Notes: generated by a model from the sequence alone, not told the origin. 64,000 nucleotides of DNA from a virus (IMGVR_UViG_3300037067_016568:96001-160000); one strand, 5' to 3'; positions 20,865 through 29,021 are shown, numbered from the stretch's first letter. A program made the numbers and translations.

Positions 20865-21259
20865 TTCGCCCTCCCAAGAAATCGATCTGTCCACGACTCG
20901 CGCAAAATAGTTTGCGCAGTCTCCCAAGGTTCGGCTATAAAATCTCTATTGCTCTTAATGACGACACCATCACGCTCACTCCGAAGATCTTGCTTTTTGA
21001 CTATGCTCTGCATGCATTTGGTTCTGGGTTTTTCAGACCAAGCAGCAATAGTTGGGCATAGTTCTTCCTTTGAATTGCCGTTAAATCGGCCATCTTCAAC
21101 GATTTGCCCATTCTTGACGCACCGCTGATGCTGATGCTGGCATTTTGGGCAAACCACAGTGACTCGGTGATTCAAAGAAATGTCGAGTTTGACTAGGATA
21201 AATCCACCACATCCACCGCCACTTTTTGTGCAATGGATCTCTTGCCATATACTGGACAT
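20861..21259 (-). CDS. Zn-ribbon protein
   Basis: C...GGCGG and CPKC. Confidence 0.6.
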   Translation of the reverse strand: MSSIWQEIHCTKSGGGCGGFILVKLDISLNHRVTVVCPKCQHQHQRCVKNGQIVEDGRFNGNSKEELCPTIAAWSEKPRTKCMQSIVKKQDLRSERDGVVIKSNRDFIAEPWETAQTILRESWTDRFLGRAK

Positions 21260-21260
21260 A

Positions 21261-21605
21261 TCACTTCCTTGCGGTAGTAAATTCATGCAGAGATTTAAAG
21301 GTATCACCGACATTGACTTCGTGAACCCTTATTTTGGCGTCGAACGACCATAAATTGATATCGACTACAACATTCACGCAAGTCATGCGTTTGGTATCGA
21401 CATAATTGAAGGTCCCTCCTCGATCCATGAGCTTCAACCAAGCTTGAACCCAGATACCGCATGGCACTGCGGCCTTTAGGTTCACCGAATCAGCGTGAAA
21501 ATGAACTTCGCCATTCTTCTCGTGAACGCGAATATCATCGACTTTGGTCTTGTCGCCTTTGACGAGATCAGATGCATTCACCACGGTCTCACGTTCGCCG
21601 CCCAT
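21261..21605 (-). CDS. Hypothetical protein
   Basis: AGGAGG RBS. Confidence 0.65.
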   Translation of the reverse strand: MGGERETVVNASDLVKGDKTKVDDIRVHEKNGEVHFHADSVNLKAAVPCGIWVQAWLKLMDRGGTFNYVDTKRMTCVNVVVDINLWSFDAKIRVHEVNVGDTFKSLHEFTTARK

Positions 21606-21692
21606 AGCAACCTCCTATAGTTAGTGATATAGATGCTACAAATAAATGACATGTAGCAATTCTATTATATCATACCTTCCTCAAGACGTCAA

Positions 21693-22484
21693 CTACCAAT
21701 CTCCACCCGCTCCACCCCCGCCGAAATCGCCCCCACCGCCGCCGTAGCTGCTGGTTCCGCTATCACTACTACCGCTGCCCAAACTGCCGAGAATTGATCC
21801 GATAACTGCACCATCACCATCCACTCCACCAGATTTCAACAACACGACAATAATAATGAGAATAACAATGATGATAATTACGATTCCAAGCCAAGTGGTC
21901 CAGAAGCTCGTTTCAGCAGGTGGTTCTGGAATCGCTGCTACTCCTCCACCGCCTATCTGTACGTTGATGGCATTGACTGCTCCTACGATACCAGCGAAAT
22001 AATCACCAGCCTTGAATTTCGGTTTCACAACATGTGCTAAGATACGACGGCATGATGCGTCAGTTAAATCTCCCTCCAGCCCACGACCAACTGTAATCCA
22101 AGTCTTGTGTTCTTCTACAGCGATGACAAACAAAACGCCGTTGTCCTTGTCCTTCTGTCCGAGCTTCCAGCTTATAGCTGTTTCAAGTGCGAATTTCCCA
22201 ATTTCTTTACCGTCCAGTTGTGGTACAATTAGAACCACAATTTGATTGCCGGTTTTTTCCTGGATTGCTAACAAATTCTGACTGACGGTTTCAATCTGAG
22301 CATCAGTCAGTAATTTAGCGTCGTCATTGACCGGGCCACGAAGCTGTGGTGCTGTTTCATTAGCATGTGCGGCCCGATATGCTTTCCGAATAGCCGGTAT
22401 CAAAATCGCCGTCAAAATACCTATAATAAATATGACAACTAACAACTCTATAAGTGTAAAACCACCCCTATCGCGTATCTTCAT
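21693..22484 (-). CDS. TPM (YgcG-like) domain protein with prepilin-type N-terminal cleavage/methylation motif
   Basis: RGGFTLIELLVVIFIIGIL; VNDDAKLL...WKLGQKDKDNGVLFVIA...VGRGLEGDLTD; C-terminal TM and GGGDFGGGGAGGDW tail. Confidence 0.9.
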   Translation of the reverse strand: MKIRDRGGFTLIELLVVIFIIGILTAILIPAIRKAYRAAHANETAPQLRGPVNDDAKLLTDAQIETVSQNLLAIQEKTGNQIVVLIVPQLDGKEIGKFALETAISWKLGQKDKDNGVLFVIAVEEHKTWITVGRGLEGDLTDASCRRILAHVVKPKFKAGDYFAGIVGAVNAINVQIGGGGVAAIPEPPAETSFWTTWLGIVIIIIVILIIIVVLLKSGGVDGDGAVIGSILGSLGSGSSDSGTSSYGGGGGDFGGGGAGGDW

Positions 22485-22556
22485 ATCTTTTATCCTTATG
22501 ATTCAGTGCGCTCGTTAGCAGGCTAAAAGCGCTCTCGACATATAGATATGTTCATC

Positions 22557-23159
22557 CTAGAATTCAACCTTCGGCGTTGTTTTATCGGTTTCTGAGACCT
22601 CTAAACGTTCAGCTTTCTTAAAGTTATGAAAGCTGGCGACCAATTGACTAAAAAAGCCGCCGCAAAGAGTATTGTAATCCTTCACTGCCTTGTTATATCG
22701 TTGTCTAGCCTCATTGATACGGTTTTCCGTCCCTTCAAGCTGCGATTGCAAGTCCTTAAAATTTTCATTTGCCTTTAGATCAGGATATTTTTCTTGAACT
22801 AGCAAAAGCCGCGATATAGCCGACGAAAGCTCGCCCTGTGCTTCGGCGAATTTTCTCATTTGCTCCGGGTCTGTCGCAGCGGCATTGATATTCACTTGAC
22901 CTACCTTGGCTCTCGCCTCGGTCACAGCAGTGAATGTTCCTTTTTCATGCTCTGCATATCCTTTGACCACAGCAACGAGATTAGGAATAAGATCGGCTCG
23001 TCTCTTGACAGTAGCACCGACATTATCAGCCTTTTCGTAGACCGTATTGATACCGTTGTTCAAGTCATTGTATGTGCTTCTCCATGAGAGTACCACAATG
23101 AGAGCGACCACAACAAACACAGCAGAAAGGCCAAGTAACACATTCGAGCAACTTTTCAT
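22557..23159 (-). CDS. lemA: LemA family protein
   Basis: RRADLIPNLVAVVKGYAEHE, EKYPDLKANENF..LQSQLEGTENRI..ARQRYN. Confidence 0.95.
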   Translation of the reverse strand: MKSCSNVLLGLSAVFVVVALIVVLSWRSTYNDLNNGINTVYEKADNVGATVKRRADLIPNLVAVVKGYAEHEKGTFTAVTEARAKVGQVNINAAATDPEQMRKFAEAQGELSSAISRLLLVQEKYPDLKANENFKDLQSQLEGTENRINEARQRYNKAVKDYNTLCGGFFSQLVASFHNFKKAERLEVSETDKTTPKVEF

Positions 23160-23187
23160 GATAATCTCCTGTTAAATGGTTGAAATA

Positions 23188-24090
23188 CTACTTCTTAGTT
23201 CTCCAACGCTTCACATCGCCGTGTTGAATGCACTTTATATGTAGCCCTTCAACACATAAAATCCAATTATTGTATCGGCAGTATCTTGCAGTCGAACTAC
23301 TATATTCCATTTCAGCACCACCACGTGGTGCTTCCACTTCGCTACCCTTCGCCAAATACCTACGAAGACGTGCTCTGATAGCATTATCGTCGTTATAAAT
23401 CTTGTCTTTCCGCCCCAGATGTTGGCGCATTTGTTGCACAGCCAGTGGAGATACACGAATCGGATTCGGTTTTCTCCTTCTCCGCTGTGATTTCTGTGGA
23501 AGAGGTTCAACAGGCTCCAATAAAGGTTCGTCTGCCGTTTCAGCCAAAATTTGGGCAACCAACGATTGATCTATTTCAGGTGGTGGTTGCACATCAACAG
23601 GCGATGGTCGAGGGCAATTATTACGACATTCAATAGGTTCTGAATCCGTAATTTGATTCGGCTGCAATGCCACTTCTATAGGCATATATCGCAGCCTGTG
23701 ATACATTGTATTCAAAGAATATCCACACTTCTCAGCCCATTCTTTGACCGTTAACGACTTGCCATCATATTCGTATGGCCGTCGCTGGCGTCTTTCTTGA
23801 GACAGTGCAACACTTATCGGCTGATTTTTCAACCGCCAGCAGAGAGCCCTAACCGTATATCCTAACTCCTTCGCCCACTCCTCTATTGTGAGAGACTTTC
23901 CGTGACATGCATACTTAGCATCATTCGGAAGAGAAGCACTCTTTTTCTGCTTAATTTCAGGAGCAAGTATCTTAGCAGGATCGGTAATCCCACTGTTCAT
24001 TCTCCTGTAAATCGTCGAAGTAGAAATGCCGATCTCTGCTGACCATTCAGGTATAGTCTGAACCTTGCCTTTGTGCGCTAAAACTAGCAT
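23188..24090 (-). CDS. DNA-binding protein with three tandem HTH modules
   Basis: GKVQTIPEWSAEIG, GKSLTIEEWAKELG, GKSLTVKEWAEKCG repeats. Confidence 0.7.
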   Translation of the reverse strand: MLVLAHKGKVQTIPEWSAEIGISTSTIYRRMNSGITDPAKILAPEIKQKKSASLPNDAKYACHGKSLTIEEWAKELGYTVRALCWRLKNQPISVALSQERRQRRPYEYDGKSLTVKEWAEKCGYSLNTMYHRLRYMPIEVALQPNQITDSEPIECRNNCPRPSPVDVQPPPEIDQSLVAQILAETADEPLLEPVEPLPQKSQRRRRKPNPIRVSPLAVQQMRQHLGRKDKIYNDDNAIRARLRRYLAKGSEVEAPRGGAEMEYSSSTARYCRYNNWILCVEGLHIKCIQHGDVKRWRTKK

Positions 24091-24100
24091 AATCGAACCA

Positions 24101-24994
24101 TTAGTGTGGATGTTTTACTGCTACCCCCATTAATTCTGGTAATGCACCAACATCTACGGGCTTAAATAAATCTGGATCATAGGTCAGAAGCAGCCGCTCC
24201 GGTGGCGGTTCGATCTGTCTGGCTTCCTTTTTAACCTTACGTGCCCTTCGTTTCTTTGGTTTCGACTCTTTTGGCTTCGGTGGCTTCGGTGGCTTCGGTG
24301 GCTTCCGTTTTTTACGCTTTAACTTGACTGTTGAATGGTAAACTATAGTACCACCATCATCAGGCTCTTCCAATACTTGTTGTACTATCTCCCGTGGTCT
24401 CTTTGGCTCTTCTGGTTCCTCAGCTTCTATAGGCATGAAACGTGGTCTAGTGGGTCTAGACATTATTTCTTTTCTGATTGCTAGCTGTATCTCCTCCTCG
24501 TCTGCAAATTTCCTCGCGCCCTTTAAATCTTCAATTTCATTATGGATTTTTTGACATTTCGCACATAATTCATCATCTATACATTTGGGGTCATCTATAG
24601 GCGACCCACAATTCCAGCAATGAATAGGACATGCTCCGCATCGGCCATGATCTGGTTTTGGAGAAGACTTGAGTCTTCCGCAATTCCAACAATACCATCC
24701 AGTAAATCGAACCTCACGATCATCTGACTGTAATGGACCGCGATATTCAACAAGTTCACGTACTCTTAGCTGGGTCAGAGCACGACGTACAAGGTGTTTG
24801 AGGCCATAATAAACGGCTAAATTAACGTCTGTCTTAGCCGGTTGTTTGCGTTTTGTGTTTTGATAATACTTCTTTGATACTGCTTCTGGTTTAACATACC
24901 TAGAAGCACGGTTGATCAACTCATATTGTGAATGCCATTCTCTGTCGGATAGGGCCTCCAACATCCATGCTTTCGTAATTGGGTTACTGCCCAT
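24101..24994 (-). CDS. Zn-ribbon protein with basic KPP-rich tail
   Basis: Two CWNCG...CxxC units. Confidence 0.65.
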   Translation of the reverse strand: MGSNPITKAWMLEALSDREWHSQYELINRASRYVKPEAVSKKYYQNTKRKQPAKTDVNLAVYYGLKHLVRRALTQLRVRELVEYRGPLQSDDREVRFTGWYCWNCGRLKSSPKPDHGRCGACPIHCWNCGSPIDDPKCIDDELCAKCQKIHNEIEDLKGARKFADEEEIQLAIRKEIMSRPTRPRFMPIEAEEPEEPKRPREIVQQVLEEPDDGGTIVYHSTVKLKRKKRKPPKPPKPPKPKESKPKKRRARKVKKEARQIEPPPERLLLTYDPDLFKPVDVGALPELMGVAVKHPH

Positions 24995-26032
24995 TTATTT
25001 CCTCTTATGTTCAGCGTCCCAATTGCGGAATAGCGTTTCCATACATTTCCGGATATCTTTCCAGATCTGACGTATTTGAGCTACGTCATGTTCGTCTTTA
25101 ATACCAAGATCGCCAAAGTCCACGTAAGGCTCGCCGTTGGGACCACGCTTGAGAAACTGATGCAGGCTGCCAAGCCCTGATCTGAACGCTGTGCGTTTCG
25201 GCCTCTTCTTGCGGCTTTTACCCGATCCGTACTCTTCAACCCATCTCTTTTTGTAGTCGACCAAAACTTGCATAGCTGCAGGTTCTCCACCCCTCGCAAG
25301 CGCCTCAACCATTTGATCTGCGCAATTGCCTGCATCGGTGGCAGTTGGCCCGTATTGTGCAACCACCTGGGCAAACTTAACCTTCAAAGGGCCGTTTTGC
25401 CGTATCTTCACGATTTCCTGCAAATGAGAATCGGTCAGATTGTCGACTCGAACATTGAACCCACGCAACTCATTCCGTTGAATGTCGTTAGCAAGTTCTC
25501 TTCTGATTTTCTCAGCCGACACACCAAACCATTTCGCCAACTCGGCGATAGGCTTGTTATATGTGTCAATCAGATACTTCACATGCAATATACGATGTGC
25601 TACGGACAACGATTTCTTGTCCGCGATACAATTGAAGCTACGTGCAATAAGATCACGTAGATACTTATCTTGCGTATCGACAAGATAGCATTCCATCTGA
25701 AAGTCGGGCGGCAGTTGATCTTTCAGATATAGATCGTTGATGAACGTTTCGAGACGGTGATTGCCGTCTGCGATAAGGTTTCCTTTCATGCCGGTTTCCG
25801 GCACCAAAGCAACAAGACGCTCGACTTGCAACGAATTCTCAATCTGTTCCGCCAGATTGAGAGCGTGATCTCCGTCGACGAATGAATCGAACCTCGTCTG
25901 GAGTTCTCTCGTACCGGGAATATTGAGTTGAGAAATGCGTAACTTAACAACCGAAAAATCCACGCCATGCGCCCTGAGACGCGACTCTGCCTGCTCGCTC
26001 CCAATCCACGTAATCTTAAGGTGTTTCGCCAT
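24995..26032 (-). CDS. ParB/Srx-like domain protein
   Basis: LIADGNHRLE motif followed by HTH-like IAELAKWFGVS. Confidence 0.6.
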   Translation of the reverse strand: MAKHLKITWIGSEQAESRLRAHGVDFSVVKLRISQLNIPGTRELQTRFDSFVDGDHALNLAEQIENSLQVERLVALVPETGMKGNLIADGNHRLETFINDLYLKDQLPPDFQMECYLVDTQDKYLRDLIARSFNCIADKKSLSVAHRILHVKYLIDTYNKPIAELAKWFGVSAEKIRRELANDIQRNELRGFNVRVDNLTDSHLQEIVKIRQNGPLKVKFAQVVAQYGPTATDAGNCADQMVEALARGGEPAAMQVLVDYKKRWVEEYGSGKSRKKRPKRTAFRSGLGSLHQFLKRGPNGEPYVDFGDLGIKDEHDVAQIRQIWKDIRKCMETLFRNWDAEHKRK

Positions 26033-26160
26033 AATAAAACCTCGGTTAGAGTGAAAACATATGGTTATAGCACGATCAATCGTGCTAATTAACCGTCAAT
26101 ATTAACGTCCTCCACCCCCCGCCTATTTTACGGTTGTATAATACTAAATGTAGTTATATG

Positions 26161-26198
26161 GAAAGAGCCGGGCAGGGAATCCCATGTCCGGCTCTTTC
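26161..26198 (-). terminator. Hairpin directly downstream of the TROVE gene
   Basis: GAAAGAGCCGG ... CCGGCTCTTTC inverted repeat just after the stop codon. Confidence 0.7.
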
Positions 26199-26204
26199 GA
26201 CTAC

Positions 26205-27617
26205 CTATTGGAGGCTGACCTGCTCTAACGATGCTATAAATCTCAAAAAGTGTTCAGACCATCCGGCAATCTCAGCCGTCCAAACGCCCTTGTAATTGAT
26301 ACCAAGTGCATGCGAGGACACATCAATCACGTAATTCCTTTTGCCGAATGGTTTTGGTTGCCGACGCTCCGGCCAATCACAATCTTGTGAATCGCTGAAA
26401 ATGAGCAACCTGTCTGGCGTCTCCTCTTTTTTACTAATATGTTCACAAACTTGTCTGGTGAAAATACCACCACCGCCCAAATGGTGCTTAAGGTTCAATA
26501 TCTCGTCCGCCAGAGCAAAACCTCGAAGTGGTTTAACTTTTTGAGTATGATGCTCACGCGAATAGTCATTGCCTGCCGTAGCATAAACGGAGATATGATC
26601 GCAACATTCTGCAGCTAAGACAGCCATGGCAGCGGCTGCATCCATTCTCGTGAATTCTGACTTATCGGAAAGTTGATTTCCCATTGAGCCGGAAACATCG
26701 ATCACTAAAGTCGTGAAGCCAGGGAAACGCGGCCACGTCTTGGTGCATCGATACATCAAATCCTCGATTTCTCGTGACCAGTCGGGAGCATACTTTCGAG
26801 CCTGCAAAAAATTTATCGGCAGTAGCATGTCTACCTTACAATTTTTGAAAGCTTTAGCGATTGCATCACGAGACACACTTGCTTTCTGCATATTCCGCAG
26901 ATTCCGCAGGAAAGCAAGTGCTGGAAGCCTCGACGACTCAATCAGTCGCTCCCACACCTTCCGCTTTTCATCTTCGCTTTTAGCTGCAGATAACCCAACT
27001 TCCCACGTATCTGGGACGGCAAGCTCATTGGCGATTAGCCGCTTATATAATCCTTCTCGATCTTTCGTCGGCTTCGCATGTGAGAGGAATAAAACGTCTC
27101 GTAGTTTTACATCTTTATCAAGTCGATTATATTTGGCAAGCTGGTATTCATCAAACTTGCCAAATGCCTGCGCGAGACCCTTTTTTACTTGTGCGGACAA
27201 AGTTTTCAAAACGTCGCCGCCTACCGTTTCGCCATTATCAGACCAATACAGGGCTAAAAACTCGGTCATCTCGTCTGGTCTGTGACAGATCTTAGCAAGC
27301 GTATCGGCGACACCCGGCATCCCATGACGAGCCATTTCACGCACAAGCAATAGCGGGACGTGTCGCAGCTTCTGCTTAAAACGAGCCTCTATAGCCATTT
27401 CGCCAACACATGGAACCTTGGGCACCAGCGCCTTGATTTGCTCAACAATCAGTTCGCCATCACAATATGCATTCTTTTCCCATAATAGGCATGACATAAC
27501 AAGACGGCGCAGGGTAGCTTCGTCACTCTGCTTGGCGGCTCTTGGACCATGGCCACCAGCCAGTCTCTCATCAACATAAACATGCGATTTCTTCGTCTTT
27601 TTATTGATGGTTGCCAT
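26205..27617 (-). CDS. rsr: Ro60/TROVE-domain RNA-binding protein with C-terminal vWA domain
   Basis: LRHVPLLL, RPDEMTE, FDEYQLAKY, KLRDVLFLSHAKP, PDTWEV.LS, ALAFLRNLRNM, VIDVSGSM, IFSDSQ; adjacent Y RNAs. Confidence 0.95.
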   Translation of the reverse strand: MATINKKTKKSHVYVDERLAGGHGPRAAKQSDEATLRRLVMSCLLWEKNAYCDGELIVEQIKALVPKVPCVGEMAIEARFKQKLRHVPLLLVREMARHGMPGVADTLAKICHRPDEMTEFLALYWSDNGETVGGDVLKTLSAQVKKGLAQAFGKFDEYQLAKYNRLDKDVKLRDVLFLSHAKPTKDREGLYKRLIANELAVPDTWEVGLSAAKSEDEKRKVWERLIESSRLPALAFLRNLRNMQKASVSRDAIAKAFKNCKVDMLLPINFLQARKYAPDWSREIEDLMYRCTKTWPRFPGFTTLVIDVSGSMGNQLSDKSEFTRMDAAAAMAVLAAECCDHISVYATAGNDYSREHHTQKVKPLRGFALADEILNLKHHLGGGGIFTRQVCEHISKKEETPDRLLIFSDSQDCDWPERRQPKPFGKRNYVIDVSSHALGINYKGVWTAEIAGWSEHFLRFIASLEQVSLQ

Positions 27618-27663
27618 CTACGTTATCCTCCGTTACGCTACTGTAGTCCATTCAGAAGTATTC

Positions 27664-28054
27664 CCTGTAGTCCTGTAGTTAGCTGGGAACGAACGATATT
27701 CTCCATTGCGACCGGCTCAGCATCGTGTTGTCGCACTCCTGTAGTCCTGTAATCCTGGGAACGAACGCTATTCTCCATTTTGGAAACGGCCTAACTCGTC
27801 TATCGTTCCCTGTAGTCCTGTAGTTACCTGGGAACGAACGCTATTCTCCATTAGGGAAACACCTCAGTTGAACCACCTCACTCCTGTAGTCCTGTAATCC
27901 TGGGAACGAACGCTATTCTCATTTTCCTGCGCCAATGGCCTGCTAGACTTCTCCTGTAGTTACCTGGGAACGAACGCTATTCTCCATTCAGACGACCTTG
28001 ATGACCGCCAAGCTTGACCCTGTAGTTACCTGGGAACGAACGCTATTCTCCATT
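27664..28054. CRISPR. CRISPR-like repeat-spacer array, six repeats, no cas genes recognised
   Basis: Consensus CCTGTAGTTACCTGGGAACGAACGCTATTCTCCATT (36 nt) at 27672, 27746, 27817, 27891, 27953, 28019; unique spacers of 30, 29, 30, 29, 30 nt; repeats 1-4 preceded by an extra CCTGTAGT; remnant CTGTAGTCCATT at ~27641. The array is certain; whether it is a true CRISPR is not. Confidence 0.7.
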
Positions 28055-28092
28055 TCGCTGTCAGGTGGTTCCCATCACCCTATGTATCAAAA

Positions 28093-28226
28093 ATGCTGCG
28101 GGAACAAGCGAAACAGGCTAGTTTAGCGCTCTGCCAATTGAGCTACACGGACAAGCCGTGATTGGATTCGAACCAACAACCGCTCGATTTCAAGTCGAAG
28201 TAACCCATCTCTACACCACGCAGCAT
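28093..28226 (-). ncRNA. yrlA: Y RNA, YrlA-like (permuted tRNA mimic, UGA loop)
   Basis: Terminal stem AUGCUGCG/CGCAGCAU, GGUUACUUC, T arm GUUGG-UUCGAAU-CCAAU before a closed acceptor hairpin and D arm GCUC-AAUUGGCA-GAGC; next to rsr. Confidence 0.88.
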
Positions 28227-28231
28227 ATTGA

Positions 28232-28299
28232 GAGCCGGGAACAAACTTACACGGCTTTTTCTTCATGGACCGAAGTAACCGTATAATCCACCACGGCTC
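28232..28299 (-). ncRNA. Short Y RNA lacking the tRNA-like domain
   Basis: GAGCCG/CGGCUC terminal stem with the same UGGUG, GGUUACUUC and UUGUUCC motifs. Confidence 0.75.
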
Positions 28300-28302
28300 A
28301 AG

Positions 28303-28375
28303 TAGTGGGGGTCGGATTCGAACCGACGACCTGCAGGTTATGAGCCTGCCGAGCTACCAACTGCTCCACCCCACA
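28303..28375 (-). tRNA. tRNA-Met(CAT), initiator-like
   Basis: TGTGGGG-TG-GAGC-AGTTGGTA-GCTC-G-GCAGG-CTCATAA-CCTGC-AGGTC-GTCGG-TTCGAAT-CCGAC-CCCCACT-A; 1:72 mismatch and A11-U24; CCA not encoded. Confidence 0.93.
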
Positions 28376-28378
28376 TCA

Positions 28379-28603
28379 TCAATTGTAAAGCTCCGGATAC
28401 AAACCACGCAAAAAATCTGTGAATTGCACTAACCCACCATACTGATCCAGCAATCCAGATTTGCACGCTCGGTCTTGTATATCCTCTAAAACGAATCTGA
28501 TCTGTGCGTCTGTAACTGGCCGACCATCTGGAAATAATGCTTCCAATCTTTCCAGACGTTGTTCAACTGTTAAATCCGCTGTCTTCATCGTTTTTACTTT
28601 CAA
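28379..28603 (-). CDS. Small hypothetical protein embedded in the RNA cluster (start probably ~28588)
   Basis: ORF fills the gap between tRNA-Met and the next Y RNA. Confidence 0.55.
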   Translation of the reverse strand: MKVKTMKTADLTVEQRLERLEALFPDGRPVTDAQIRFVLEDIQDRACKSGLLDQYGGLVQFTDFLRGLYPELYN

Positions 28604-28604
28604 A

Positions 28605-28741
28605 TGCTGCGGGAACAGGCGAAACAGGTCAGTTTTAGCGCTCTACCAGCTGAGCTACGTCAGCCGTAGGCTGACGACTGGACTCGAACCAGCGACCTCT
28701 CGATTAGGAATCGAAGTAACCCATCTCTACACCACGCAGCA
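28605..28741 (-). ncRNA. yrlA: Y RNA, YrlA-like (permuted tRNA mimic, CCU loop)
   Basis: Near-paralogue of 28093-28226: T arm GCUGG-UUCGAGU-CCAGU, acceptor hairpin CGUCAGCC-UAC-GGCUGACG, D arm GCUC-AGCUGGUA-GAGC. Confidence 0.88.
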
Positions 28742-28751
28742 ATATCAAAAA

Positions 28752-28862
28752 TGCCGCAGGAATAAGCGAAGCAGGCTAGTGCTCCCGTGAGCGACGCCCC
28801 CATAAGGGAGGGGGCGATTGGAGTCGAACCAACGAAGTAACCCACTCCTTCGCCATGCGGCA
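28752..28862 (-). ncRNA. yrlA: Y RNA, YrlA-like (no anticodon-like arm, reduced D loop)
   Basis: UGCCGCA/UGCGGCA stem, GGUUACUUC, GUUGG-UUCGACU-CCAAU, CGCCCCC/GGGGGCG acceptor hairpin. Confidence 0.8.
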
Positions 28863-28878
28863 AGTTCAATTGTCAAAA

Positions 28879-29016
28879 TGCTGCGGGAATAAGCGAAATA
28901 GGCAACGTTAGGTGCTCTGCCAACTGAGCTACACCAGCCGTAGGCTTAGTGACGGGACTCGAACCCGCGACCACCCGCTCCATAGGCGAAGTAACCCATC
29001 TCTGCGCCACGCAGCA
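28879..29016 (-). ncRNA. yrlA: Y RNA, YrlA-like (permuted tRNA mimic, AUG loop)
   Basis: UGCUGCG/CGCAGCA stem, GCGGG-UUCGAGU-CCCGU, D arm GCUC-AGUUGGCA-GAGC. Confidence 0.88.
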
Positions 29017-29021
29017 GTACT

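Noticed and set aside
24272-24306. GGCTTCGGT tandem repeat
   Set aside because: Encodes a KPP low-complexity tract within a CDS
27989-28018. Spacer 5 reverse complement translates as LAVIKVV (ribosomal L7/L12-like) or KLGGHQGR (IS4 transposase-like)
   Set aside because: Too short to support either; needs a nucleotide match
27664-28054. Array read as a repeated peptide (MENSVRSQVTTG...) on the minus strand
   Set aside because: Stops occur within or at the end of spacers, repeat variants shift the frame, and no continuous ORF exists
28093-29016. Calling the four long RNA units ordinary tRNAs or tRNA pseudogenes
   Set aside because: T arm precedes D arm, the acceptor stem is closed by a loop, and all sit inside a shared terminal stem next to rsr, which fits YrlA-type Y RNAs
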